64,000 nt of DNA from Pecten maximus (lineage: Eukaryota), in NCBI RefSeq assembly GCF_902652985.1, contig NC_047016.1:28458001-28522000 (forward strand), given 5' to 3'. The position numbers and the translations under genes were made by a program. Positions 39,601-52,938 of this stretch are shown here, piece by piece; the first letter of the stretch is position 1; each line of letters opens with the position of its first letter. The notes under the pieces are model-generated. The model saw nothing but the letters and a program-made list of their open reading frames with translations, was not told where the DNA came from and did no database searches.

Positions 39601-40570
39601 TTTGTAGCTGTTTTCCGGAATAAATAACATATGAAATGGGTACTTTCTATATACGAGAATAAAGGGTAGGGTCTTAAGATTTGAAAAGCAAAAAAATGTA
39701 CACTCCTATTGCTAATAGAATGATGAAGGATTCGAGGTGTAAAAAGGCGGGGATTCCCTAGGTGGGGGTTCCCCAGTGCACAGTAAATGTCAGAGTTACT
39801 GTCTTTCGAGTACCCGTGTGCTCTTATATGCCATTATACCTATATAATAACAGCATTCATTCGATAGAAAAAACTTCAAACTTAAATTTGATATCAATTT
39901 CACATCATTTGAGCGAATGAAGGGATGGGTCACTAGTTATAACATACAGTAAATAATTAAGTTCGGGGAGTTCTCTTTAAACCAGAAATTAAGTTTTGCC
40001 TACAGCGAAGAAAGTATGTAGCAGACAAGGTTAGATAGCAGAAATACTTAATCACGAGCAGAACAAAATTAATTCTGTATTTGGGAGATATATTTTAAAT
40101 TGATTTTAGATAATTGTGAAGGGAATTGTGTCATTCTTCGTCAAATATCATGATATTTTGCAGTTTTTAATGTTTCTAAAATGGTTACCATCGTTTTCAT
40201 AGATGTGAAAAATGTGGGGAAAAAATCCTCATCCTTCACTGCTGTATTAAAATTATAATTATTGTATAGATTACAAATATATGTACTTTGGTATATGTAA
40301 TATATCGGTCTCTGGCTATATTTACATATCTAAAACTTGTACCTGATTTTTTCAGAACTGGGCATTTTTACTGTACAATGCTACCATAATTTCACATAAT
40401 TAAGAGTAACAGCTATATGGTGGAAATACCTTTATATGTACACAATTGATTTATCCTGTTGTTTGCTGTTTATATTTCATCATTTATTTATTTATTGATG
40501 TATTCCTTTAGTTATTTATTGTCATTTCCATTTCAGTGCCACCGTGGACGGCCAGGAAGTAATTGGATAG
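36621..40570 (+). CDS. C-type lectin 6 (perlucin-like; DPN/WAD)
   Basis: Exons 36621-36687 (MKQLQKITVLWICLIVQAVRIQ), 37415-37494 (GCRNGWIQFENSCYFLS), 38049-38142, 38831-39038 (YWLDGTD..WGGHDPNEATHANC..WADEAC..FICE), 40537-40570 (ATVDGQEVIG*). Confidence 0.9.
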
Positions 40571-40919
40571 AGATATTGCTATTACCGGGATATTTCAGCT
40601 GTTCAAAACAATTTTTTTTTATATTTCAACGATTGTGAAAAATACGTTTTGTATTTAATGAGACGAAACTAAAAACAGCAGATACAAATTTAAGAGGATT
40701 ATATTTTTTTATAAATTAAAGAGTAATATCAAGAGGCGGCAGGGCATCCAAATTATTATTATTTTAATCCGAGTTGCAGAAAAGCTAGGGTTTTATTTTA
40801 CCTTTCTCAATCAGTCAAAGCAAAATTGAAAATATAGTCGTTGAATACATGTTAACACAAAGGGAAACACAGATTGCTAATAACAAAATTCAAGAACCAA
40901 ACTACTTTCAATTTTCTAA

Positions 40920-41050
40920 ACCCTGGCGGAAAGTGAGGTCTCCCTGTGGGAGGAAACCGGAGAAAACCGACAGGTGACTTTCATACATTTGAACGTTAAG
41001 TCGAGGAATCGGATCCTGGGTGACTTAGTGGAAGGCACGTGCGTTACTCG
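40920..41050 (-). mobile_element. tRNA-derived SINE fragment (Deu/Nin-domain-like)
   Basis: Reverse strand has a tRNA-like head (ccaggatccgattcctcgac) followed by ggttttctccggtttcctcccaca. Confidence 0.55.
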
Positions 41051-42915
41051 TATGATTTAACCTTCAATTTACAAAATATATTTTTGTTATAGTCGTGATG
41101 GATCGTTATGTTATGAACATAGTAATCTCCGTTTCGGGTTATAGGATTATGTGCGTGAGGCAAATGCAAGCAAAATGAGAAAAATTAGGAACCAAAACTT
41201 TAACATTTAAATCATGAGTTATAGAAAACATCATGGCTTTCTTTATTTCCATTTAATAACCATATCTTATCACATTTAATCACACAGTGTCCGCCATGCA
41301 CACGTGATTGGTGGAATGTGCAGTATCGTTTCAGTATGCATTTCGTCTGAACCAATTGATGTAGGCACTGTCACTTTCGGACATTTATCTGGAGAAAGAT
41401 AACTCGTTCCCCTACAGTGTAGTCGATCTACAATACCATGCATACATTCGAAACGATGTCAGAGGAAGCTTTGCTATTCCTCCGTCGTCGTCGCCGTCTG
41501 CATCGTCGGTGTTCGCAGATAGCTAGGTTAAATACTAATTCTATTCCTCAAACTTAAAAATAACAAAATACATATAGACATTGAAATGGCCACCATAAGT
41601 AACATTTTAATGATAATTCTAGAACAGTTAAACCAATTACATAACAAAGCATAAATTCTAAGTAAAGTTTTGTCCCCACAAGTAAGTTACATTACATTTC
41701 GCCTAAGTAGAGATGTAAAAATCCGCCATAACTAAAACACAAATTAAATCATTTAAACACAACACTTTACTTATATATATTGAATGGGTTGGCATGTGGG
41801 TTGGTTAATACAATTGACAACAGGCACTAAATTGATGAAAAAACTGATTATGATCAAAATGGCGTAAACAAAGGATTTCTCTTTTCTTTATATGAATACG
41901 CATGCGCCGAATACTAATTATGGTACAGCTTATGTACTCGACAAATGCGTTCCTTTTCATCGGTACTACTTTTGTGGACCCGCTGACCTTCATGACCTCC
42001 TTTTTAAATTTTAATAAAAATAAATTTAAAAAAAAACAAGAGATAAAAATAAACAAAAAAAAAACAAAAAAAACACCTCTCTAACCTTGAATTATTAAAA
42101 AGACAGTGTTGCTAGATATATTTGTCAGAATAAGTAACATAGTAAATGATAAAAGTATATTTCATCAACATATGTATATTTCTAAAGACTTGAAGTAATG
42201 TTTACATCACTATCGATTAAGCGGTGACATGCGTTAGAAATCACGACAGTTTCTAACGCACCCCAACGCAACGTGTCTACATTGTAGTGTTTCCATTGAA
42301 TTTAGTAATCAGAAATATAATCCATCTGCGGTAAGAAAAATAACGGGCGATCACTGGCTATAGACATTCATCGAGAATTGAAAATAAATTTGTTACAGGT
42401 CATACTCTAGAGTTCATATTTCAGACACTTCTTACCGTTCAGTGAAATACCTCTCTCCCAGATCGAGTCCTCTCTATTCACCGGGGTAACGGTTGTTTCC
42501 TTCGAAGCGATATATCTCTTATTACCCCCTGATCACAGTATTTGAAGTATTCTTGTGAATAATTCCTGTTCTAACATTAAATCTGGTTACATCCTTCACA
42601 GTCTGACGAAGGTTTTAAATGCTCCGAAAAACAATGATTTTTCAACTTCTGCGTGAATCACCTTTGCGATCTCTTCCTTAAAAAAGGTAAGAAAGTTCTG
42701 GATCGTTCGATTGCTTGTTGCAATGTCAATATCTCCATCCTTATCATATAACTATAATATGTACGATGTTAACTTTTGAGGAATATTGAATAAACTGTAA
42801 AATATAGTTGAAGATGAGGTATTTCCAACACTTTATTTCACAATGAAATTTATTAGTTGAAAATGACATCGGTACCAGTTATCATTTACATGAATTACTT
42901 TTTTATTTCCATACG

Positions 42916-45050
42916 TTAACCAATTAGTTGGTTCCCTTCAGTATCCCTGCAATTAATAGATACAAAATAAACACCCGTAAATCTTAATATATATGTAATG
43001 CGTTACATTAGCATACATCTATCATTTGAAGCACTCTAAATAATATAATGCATGCACCATTTATTTGAAGGAAAACACAGATTGCCCACTTTGCCATTAA
43101 GCTCACATAAAATATCTTCAGTAAAACAAATTGATATCCTATAGTTCGCTACGATAATAATGTTACTGTAGTAAATATCTATTGCAATCTACTTTCGAAT
43201 AACGCATTTTGACTGGAAATAAGATTTAAGAGTTTTAACATGAATTATTTTCAATTAAAAAAAGTGAGCTTCCTCACAACTTAGAAGCTTACTTTATTTG
43301 GCACACATAGTTGTGGTGTTCTTCGCAATTATTGTCGGCGTAACGGAATTCATGTGCTCCCCACAAGTCCAAACAGTTGGCGTCTTCGGCAGCGTTAGGT
43401 TCTCCAGGAGCCCAATCCAGAAAAGAGACTTTCTCTCCATTGTTCATCCACCTCCATACGTTATCTACCTCAAAGTCGTTCCCAGCAATCCAATAAAGCT
43501 GCTGATCAGCATCTAAAGCAGAATAGCTCCACAGCATATTATTTGCAATTGAATTGCCAACAAAGGCTTACGAAAGTGTTACCGATATTTTGCAGTATCA
43601 ATGTTATAAATCATATGGTATTCAGATATTAGAAATACTGACATGTATTATAAGTTATCTTAGTATGTGCTTACCATGTCGATGTATATGTCCTAATTCA
43701 GATTTCAGATAGGTTAATTCGTCGGCTGATTCTATCCTAGCCAAGAACCCTCCGAGCATCTTGCAGACATCCTGCAACCAATATAAGAATTGCCTTTCCA
43801 TACGTTATTATTATGTATGTAAATATTTAACCAACACGTTTGTTCATATACCGGTAAAATTACTATGTCTGTAGTTTTGAGTTTCTAGGAAAACAGAAGG
43901 TAAGCTTGAAGCAAATTTAAACTTACGTTGGCCTCAACCCATGTTGCGAGTCCATGAGAAAGATAGTAACACGAGTCCAGGAAACCATACCATCCAGCTC
44001 TACACTGAGCGGCGCCTGTAAATAGACATGTTGTTTCAAGAAATGTGAAAAATAGATGTTGGAAAACATGGCAACTTACAAATTATAAAAAGTATACATA
44101 ACATGGCTGACTAGTGGTATTAAAATCCTTAGATTGATTTGAAAAACATTAATTCGATGATTCTGTAAACTGCCTTCTTAGTAAAGGTATGCGGCTGATA
44201 TTGAAGTATATGTAGTGTTCCTGATTCTACGGGGTAAATTCAAATATTTTTATTCAAATATGACACATCATCAATATATCTATAGGAGGATTCAAAGGAC
44301 ACGGCATTTTTTTCTACCGAGGACTTGATGTATCCATGTTTTGATCTATTAATTCGAGACTCGTCGAATGCAGTATTCTTTATTTGAATGCGTTATGCGA
44401 AAACAGCAAAACGAAATAAAATTTGTTTTTTTAACAGCCTGCAAGAATATAACTACTACATTAGTTATCTAGAACATGGGAAACACCACACCACGGTGGA
44501 CCGACAGTATTAACACTTTCATGTTTCACTATCTTATCTATATCTTAGACCACAATGTACAGACCGGACATCATCATGTCAGTGAAATGGTGGTAAAAAG
44601 AATGGGGTTTTTACATTCTACATGATAATATTATATCGTCATGTCATTTCATGAATATCTTAAATTCAATCGGCCCAGAAAAAGCACAACACTAGTTAGA
44701 GCTGTATATGATCTATACATTGGAACCTAAATAATCCTCGCCATCAACATTAATTATATCTAATCAGGCACTTAAAATGTGAAGTTATCTGAGTAATTAT
44801 GCATGTATGAATGTGTTCTTTAACATACAACGTCAGCAACGGTAATTGTCCTCAAAATCAGACAATAAGAAAACACATGAGGTCTTCAACATTTTTATAC
44901 ATGTCCAATGTATAATAGTAAAACATACGGACACTGAATTTACCTGTGTATAATGCCATGTTATATTACCAATAACACTATATCAATATACTTACCTGAA
45001 TAAGGAATTATCAATGTAACTGCAAAAACTAAGATATGTAGCTTATCCAT
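42916..45050 (-). CDS. C-type lectin 7 (perlucin-like; EPN/YAD)
   Basis: Exons 45050-44996 (MDKLHILVFAVTLIIPYS), 44015-43927 (QCRAGWYGFLDSCYYLS), 43771-43675, 43512-43293 (YWIAGND..WAPGEPNAAEDANC..YADNNC..YVCQ), 42946-42916 (DTEGNQLIG*). Confidence 0.92.
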
Positions 45051-45490
45051 CACACTAGTTTAGGAAATATGCAGGGCACCAAAGACTGTCCTTAGATTTA
45101 GTGATAAGAATGATAGTTCGAATTCCAAGTAGATAAGATTTACAATTCATTTCACTGTCTTATTTCAATGATATGAACTATGAACATTTAGTGCGTAATT
45201 TCAAACGTTGAACAGATACCTTAAACTTCAAATTGTACGTCGTTACACGGGTTGGGAAAATACCTTTTATCGAGGATTGAACATCTCAACACAGACCTGT
45301 ACATATGACAGTGGCTACAGCAAAACTATCAAACGGTTTTGTTTATTTGTTAATGTGCTGGAATTATATACTCGTTTAACAACTAATTAAATAGTTATAT
45401 CACAGTCTAAAATCAAGCTTAATAACTGAAAGTTAATGTTAAGCCCAGAGATAAATAGAAATGTAAATTTATATCTGAATGTCTATTGTA

Positions 45491-45700
45491 CGGAGCACAT
45501 CGACTGACATGCGACACTCTTTTATCGAAATGATATTTCGTTATATCGAAATTTCATTTCGTTTTTATCGAAGTTTATTTCGTAGAACTTATCGAAATGT
45601 TTGTTATATCGATAAATGAATTATTATTTCGATAAAACGAAATAACATTTCGAAATATTGAAATGAAATAAGTGTATGACATGTTAGTCAAGGGGCTCCG
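45491..45700. mobile_element. MITE with TA target duplication
   Basis: TA-cggagcacatcgactgacatg ... catgttagtcaaggggctccg-TA imperfect TIRs, with internal atcgaaat/atttcg repeats. Confidence 0.8.
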
Positions 45701-46479
45701 TAATAATGTGTTATAGCGACACGCAACGAAATCGTGATATCCCAAAAATGAGATCGTCGTTGATCATTTAGAGGAGCAACAATGACGTAGAACTTAAACT
45801 CTTTCAAAAAAAAAATTTTTTGTAGTTTTTTTCAACTTTCACGATGCACCGAAATACTATAGACAATTACAGATGGACATTATAAAAAAACACCATATGC
45901 CTAAAGAAATAATGTAAGCTAAGTTTGAAATTAAGACATTCAGCAAATGATTTCATGTTGCTTGAATTGGTTTGTCTAATTACACGAAAATGCATCAGAG
46001 GGCAACAATCGTTCATATTTTCCAGGGTTGAAAACATACCTCTGGATCCTCTAACGTACTCGAAACGCTATACAACCTTCTGCCACTTACGCCGATATTT
46101 TTTGTTAAAATAGCAAAAAACCCCACCTGAACACAACAATATCAATTCTGTAGATATGTATTTTCTGTTAACATACATACTAACCACCAAAAGAAAGTTT
46201 TCATAACATCTACAGGTTATAGGAAACAGGAAAATGATATCAGACGTTTCAAAAATTTGACATTGAAGACTTTATTACATATAAGACAGATATGAAGAAG
46301 AAATATATACTGAAGTTAGAGGTAAAACGGGTTGATTATTAGGCAATGAATGGAGGAGAAAGCCGTAGTGTGTTCTTGGAGCCATCCGACAAGTGAGCCG
46401 TTAATGGTGTGGTCGGAAAGGCATCATCGGTATAGTCTAGTATGCTTCACCACAGCATAATGTAATGCAATCAGCCGTG

Positions 46480-46912
46480 TGCCCTGCAGGTAGGGCGTAA
46501 GAATTGTACCTGCTTCCCCCATTGCATGATCGTAGGAGGCGACTAAATTTATTATCTTATCTTTTCTTTTCTTTCTGAACAACTTTCTTCTTCCTAATGT
46601 CTCCCTTGACAATGCCTCACTTTTGGCCTTAAGTTGAGCGTTCGCCCCTGTGAGGAAAGCTTTGGGTTCTGTCCCCTGGCCGAGACATACCAGAGTCTTT
46701 AAAAATGGTAGATACTGCTCCTACTTAGCGCTCAGCATATAAGGTGTGGGACGACTGGTTCGCCCGTTGTCAGTATAATGTGACCGGGTGGGGTGTCCTG
46801 CTGGGTGTCTGCGGCAGTGTGCCTCAGTGAAGTAGCACTATAAATCGGCAAAAGTTCAATGACCTTAGCTGTTAATAGGACGTTAAACAAAATAAACAAA
46901 ACAAAACAAAAC
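46480..46912 (+). mobile_element. Bivalve-type tRNA-related SINE with a 5' extension and (CAAAA)n tail
   Basis: Internal Pol III-like boxes (tggccttaagttgag; gggttctgtcccc), central gtcagtataatgtgaccgggtgggg, 3' atgaccttagctgttaataggacgttaaac(aaaac)n. Partial copies at about 2925-3300, 19400-19500, 23313-23400, 53555-53600 and 60735-60785. Confidence 0.8.
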
Positions 46913-48799
46913 CGTGGGTATCCGAATATGTCGGAAGGTGACCCAATACCTTTTCACGTCCGATCGAGGAGTCGCCTAATAAAGCAAAGAAGAAAACGGT
47001 AATGTATTCACAGATGGTAATTTAATATGCATGAGCATATATGCAGCCTAACACAACAACCACTTAACAAAATAAATCTTATAAACCACTAATTTCGCTC
47101 CTGTGAAGAAACGAAATGCTTTTTGTTCGATGTAATATCAACAGCCCGTAATTCCTTTAAAAAAAAATATTTCGGCAAATCTCAACAGGCATTGGTGGGG
47201 ATAACAACATTTAGACAACTAGTGTACATAGATACATTGTTGAATAACTATATTCTTTTGGATGTATTCTTTGTCTAACGATGTTTAGCTGAGGATATTT
47301 CACTAAAGACAATACCTAGTAAATATTCGTAATACAGTCTATTATCTCTGTTCATGTATATTTTAGCTGTGTTGTAAACCTCTTTTAACAAACATATGGT
47401 CAAGTCAATGTTGTTTCAATAAATACGTGCAAACCAATTCCGAAATCTAATATCCGCAAAACTAAACAATTTTTCGTCTGCAATTGACGTGATATTTATA
47501 GACAGTTATTGAATATATCAGAATTGACTATATGTTCTGTATATATTTGAACCCTTCAAATATGTATATGAAAATACGTTTCAGTTTACTGCTACCGTTA
47601 ACCAATAGCAATGGAAGCTATCCTGTTATGATCATAGTTGTTGCATACACTTAAAACTGAACAGGCAAATCGAATGGATGTTCAGTCGTTGTGTCATTTA
47701 ATCAGCTTCTATGATCTAATATTCTGTGTAATGTGTGTAAGGAAATGTGGCGATACCTTGGTGATACACCTTAAACGACATCACATGATGTTCAGGCCAA
47801 TTTATTTCGAACATAACTGATATTGAATATAATTGGCAATTTTGCATACTACATTCGAGGTATTTTGCGAGCTTTACGTTAACAGGTGATTACCTTGAAC
47901 ACGAAAATGCATCATATAAAGGATATAAATATTTTGAAAATGAATTCCTCTTGTGAAAAACTTCTCAGCGTACTTCTTAAAAGTTGATATACTAAAAAAT
48001 GTTCTTCAAAATATAAGAAATTGAAGCAGAGGGCAATAAACGAATAGATAAAATAGTCTTCTGGTGCTCACAATTGGAATTTTATGTCTGTTTTTTAATT
48101 TAGTTGTCAAAATACAGGAGGGCTACAATAGAGAAATGTTGCCGGGAAAATACCTCACGTTGGCTTTCGAACATTACATCGATCGTCCTGTCATTTAAAG
48201 AAAGCTTGCTATGACCCTCGACAACATCAAGTCTATCAATTGGATTACAACTTTAGTTTAGAAGTTTTTATATAAAACCAAATATGTTTCTGTAGCACAA
48301 CATGATACACTTAGTCAGTTTATAGAATAAATTCTAGTATACTACAACCAGGACAAGTCAAATTGATCATAGTTTTCTACCTCTTCACGCCTCAGTGTAC
48401 ATAGCCCTCACTGGTCATTTGTCTGATGATAATTTTACCGGTATATGCACATCAAACCAGTACTTTATGTGATATGAATCTGTTTAATACTTATTGATGT
48501 AGAAATCGGAGAGTGATTTCCCCTGTTTGAACTCTCTTCCGCGCGAGGTCTAAATCTCGCTTTAAATTCCATCTCCTGAACCGTACAAACGTCTTAGTTA
48601 AACCCCCCTATTGTCTAGTTCTATGGCATTTTTCACAAATCTTCTAGGGAGGACAGGTGATTTTTATACCTGTTTTCTCTACAACATCTATCACCGAAAC
48701 AAAATGTCCAGTTTAAGTAACAAATAAATAACATCCAAAACATCCAAACTTTACAAAATCGACTTTATTATTGTTGTTTATGCATGCATAATAAAGTCA

Positions 48800-51700
48800 T
48801 TAACCAACGATCTCGCTCAACTCTGGATCTCTGAAATGACAGAAATCACAAACATAATCAGTAAAGGTAGAAAGAAATTATATAATTGTTACATCAGTTC
48901 ACTTTTCGACGAAACATTGTGCTTTTTTCATCAGATATGATATCCTCGATAGGTATCAAGAAGCAGTGTACTATTATTTAAGACGAAACTAGCCTTAACA
49001 TATATAATATATAAACTGTTTTGTGTATTGTTGATACTTTTATTAACGTATACAAGTACATACATCTGTGCCGGCATATCCTTGGCGAGAACCCAGGACA
49101 GAGTGCCCAGGAGTGACTGGTGGTCAACTCCAGTGGTCAACTCTATCCTGGGCTCTCGCCAATGGATAGACAAGTACATAATTATGTATGTACTGGTATA
49201 CTCGTATAAGTATCAAAAATACAAAAAAAAAAACAGTAACAATATAATACTGGTACCGTGACCAGGATAGTCAACTCCCCCTCCAGGTATGATTTCAGGT
49301 TCATGAATACCTATAGATGCAATATTTCACGTTATATGGTAATCTAAACATGTCAACGGGTTTAACACTAATAACGTTAGATAGTATGAAAGAACATGAT
49401 AATGCCATGTAACCTAATGCCTAAGTCAGGTCAACGTAGTCTATAATGGTGTAATACATGTACGTCTGACCCTACTGTACAGATGACCAATAACCATGTA
49501 TTGGATAACCTTACTTCATGTCTGGTATTATTTGGTAGTCTGACTATCCATACACGTGTCTAATACTATTTCATAAGTGGACCAATATATTTATTCATTT
49601 TTTTTTTATATATATATTTTTTTTTTTTCGGTTTCGGTACACATGTCAATGGAAACCAACTGTGCCCCTCTGTTCGCCGACTTACTTTTGTTTTCATATA
49701 ACCTCGTATTGAAGAGTTTGTCAGAATAGAAACCTTACAAAATCCATCTACTTCACCTAACGAGATATTAACGATGTTTTGTCTTTATACAGCTAAACCT
49801 TAATTGACTATGGCAATCAAATTTACCCTGTAGAACTTTAATTCAAGGACACTACAGATTCTTCGACACCAACCTCAATCTTTACTTGCAATTTGAAAAG
49901 CCAGGACGGTTGTAACTAAGCAGTGATAAGTGTGATGGCTTCAATATCCAAGGTTGATGTTTTTTCCATTTCTATGTAGCCACATGCCTGCTCCCCCTAT
50001 TCACGATATATATCTTAGTTCGATATGACAGAAAAATGAACAGCACAAGGTTTCGATATATGCTTTATGCCTTGACAAATGATAGCAGTACAAATCATCA
50101 AAGGGTCGATTTAGAAAAAAAAATAAAATAAAAACAAATTCAATACTTATTGCGTACGATTCCATCATTATTGCATGCTAACGCAATACTATTTCGTGCC
50201 ATGATGTGCAATATCATTCTTGTTAGAATAGCAAAAGACAATGTTTTGTGTTAACATGCGAAGTGTTGTATAACGAAAGGATGTTTTCTCGTTTCAGGAC
50301 TTAGAGGATAACTCAAGGTCCTGTCGATGTGAGTATAGGTGATATCGTGGTGAATTCCATAATGTATTGAAACATTACCGTTCTATCTGATTTCTTGAAT
50401 AAAAAATGTGAAAGTGTAATTTGTTATCTAAATGCGACAAATACAGTAAAACGTGGTTATAACGAATCCCACAAGGTCAGAGTTATATCGGAAATTTGTT
50501 TTAAGATTTTAGATTTATAAGGATAAGCCAAATTGGGGGTTTTCAATTCACTTCATTATTAGAAGAAACTTGTATCAAGCGTGCTCATGTAAGAAAGTCT
50601 TACTCTACTATAAAATTGCTCAATCAATGTAATACCTTATTTGGCAGATGTAGTTGTAGTGTTCCTCACAATCATTGTCAGCGTATCGAAATCCACTCTT
50701 TCCCCACAAGTTCATGCAATTATCATTTTCGGCAGCGTTAGGTTCTCCGGGAGCCCATTCCGTAAATGAAATAGTCTGTCCAGTGCTTATATACTTCCAG
50801 ACATTTTCTACTTCAAGGTCGTTACCATCAATCCAATATTGTTTGCTTCCGGCATCTACAATGTAAACTTACATTTATTAGAAAATGCTACTATTATATT
50901 GGGAAAATACAAGTTTGCTCTGGAAATATAATCTATGAAGAAAATCAGGTAAGGTGAAGCATATTGTGCCATACTAGGCTACTGCACATACAAACATACG
51001 GGATAGCTAATCTATATTTAAGAAACACGTGTCTTATTAATCACTTGAACATAGACCATTCAATGGTATATGATTATGACAAATATTTATTTTCACGTGT
51101 GTAATATTCCGTGCTTACCATGCGGATGAATATGTCCTAATTCAGATTTCAGAAATGTCAGTTCATCTGCTGATTCTATCATAGCTAGATAGCCTCCGAG
51201 TGCCTTACAAAGAGCCTGTTACAAAAAAATGCGGTAGTGATTAATCATTCGTCTGGCACATTTTTTTCATTATAAAAGAGCACATTTACAAATTTGATAA
51301 TGCTTTATACCCCACTGTCAAAGATAGAATAACGCACGTTTTTTCAAGGGATACTTTTTTTTCTTTATTTGCGTTACATTACGGTTTTTAAATATACAAT
51401 TTAGAGCATTGTTTTTAATCGGTTAGGGATAGACTGTAGTCGATATATATTGTCACTATACTTACTCCAGCTTCCGCCCATGTTCCGACTCCATGGGAAA
51501 GATAGTAACATGAGTCATGGAAGCCAATCCACCCAGCTCTACACTGAGCGGCGCCTGTAAAAAGCCATACTGTTTTGTACATATTTTGTCGTTAAGGATC
51601 ATTTAAATATGACCGGTAATCAGACTGTCATGTAACAAGTAAGGTGTGGTTTAGTTGCTGGAAACACTATACATCAAAAACATGAAATTTGTTTGAAATA

Positions 51701-52246
51701 GCTGGTGAAATACGAGCCCTCCCCGAGAGTGCCAACTTAGGGGATGTTTAAGCTCAAGTAGAGGTACATATTAATAATAAGATATACCAGGTTTGAGCCT
51801 TATTAGAAGTATCGTTGAGATAGTGGTCTCTGTTATATGGACACTCGTATAAGGTTCCATAATAACTCGGATTTGCTTGGATTTACTCCAACAACATTAT
51901 AAAAGTCTCGATTTTTTTCTAAATATTTAAGCGGGAACAAAAACATACCACAGTGCCGTCACATATTACAAACAAGTCATATTTTTATCGGTAACTAAAA
52001 TATACGATGCTATCGACGCTTATTATGCATATTTAACCGGGAAATTTTACTTTCCACGCTATCGAAACTTACACATCTTTAAACGGGAATTAAAACATAT
52101 GGCGCTACCGACACCAATCATACATGATACGGACACTATTACCTACGACGTCAAAAATACTTCACCATTAACGTTTTATCTGTATGCTTACCCGAATAAG
52201 GAATCACCAGAGTTACGGCAAGTACGATAATATGTAGTGAACCCAT
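48800..52246 (-). CDS. C-type lectin 8 (perlucin-like; EPN/YAD), close paralogue of CTL7
   Basis: Exons 52246-52192 (MGSLHIIVLAVTLVIPYS), 51554-51466 (QCRAGWIGFHDSCYYLS), 51215-51119, 50855-50636 (YWIDGND..WAPGEPNAAENDNC..YADNDC..YICQ), 48830-48800 (DPELSEIVG*). Confidence 0.92.
49640..50030 (+). mobile_element. Penelope-like retroelement RT relic in CTL8 intron 4
   Basis: Remnants TNCAPLFADLLLFSY, RDINDVLSL, IYPVEL.FKDTTDS. Confidence 0.7.
50444..50610. mobile_element. Short Tc1/pogo-type MITE remnant
   Basis: TA-cagtaaaacgtggttataacg start and a degenerate ...cttactcta end. A similar terminus (gaagttttactgta) lies at about 32450-32463. Confidence 0.45.
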
Positions 52247-52938
52247 ACCTCCAGGTTCGATAATGTACAGGTAAACAAAGGCTATCCTTTAATTTAACGA
52301 TAAGCTTGGGATATCGACGCCCACACAAGATAAGATTTGCAATTCAGTTTACCTCTCAATACCAACTATAGTAGTAGTAATGCTGCCCTGTTATATTGTC
52401 TACATAAACAGGTATGCTTTGTATCCATGTATGTTTGTCTGAAGACGAAATGTTGAATAGCTACCAATAAAAGCATTAGTTGAATATAAACATGTCCTAG
52501 TACATACTGCATCAATAACATAATGACATAATGAACAAGGATCTTTATCATTATAAAAAACTAAAATTATGTAAATAACATGTCGGATTCTCTCATTTTT
52601 TAACGAGAATCATATACATCTATTTTGTTCAACGTAACCCTAGTGACTATAATGACCTGCATGTTTGGTCAAAATTTCTATTGATGCAAAAGCTCCAAAA
52701 TGGCTTTAATCCCCTTCCCTTCTGAGATAATTGTATAGAAAGTTCAAACCCATAGAGTTTTAATAAAATGTGTTTAAACAGTCTAACAGCAATATTGTTT
52801 TCTTCATAAAGCTACAAAAAGCCCAGCAGCAGGGAGAATTAAAGCCAGCAATGCTTTATGTAACCTGTTTTGGGCCTCTTCAGTGACAACAAGACCTTAT
52901 CAGTTCTCCTGTCAGGACAGATCAAGATTTTCTCTAAA

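Noticed and set aside
46625-46700. tRNA gene
   Set aside because: Only degenerate A/B boxes within a SINE; no full cloverleaf.
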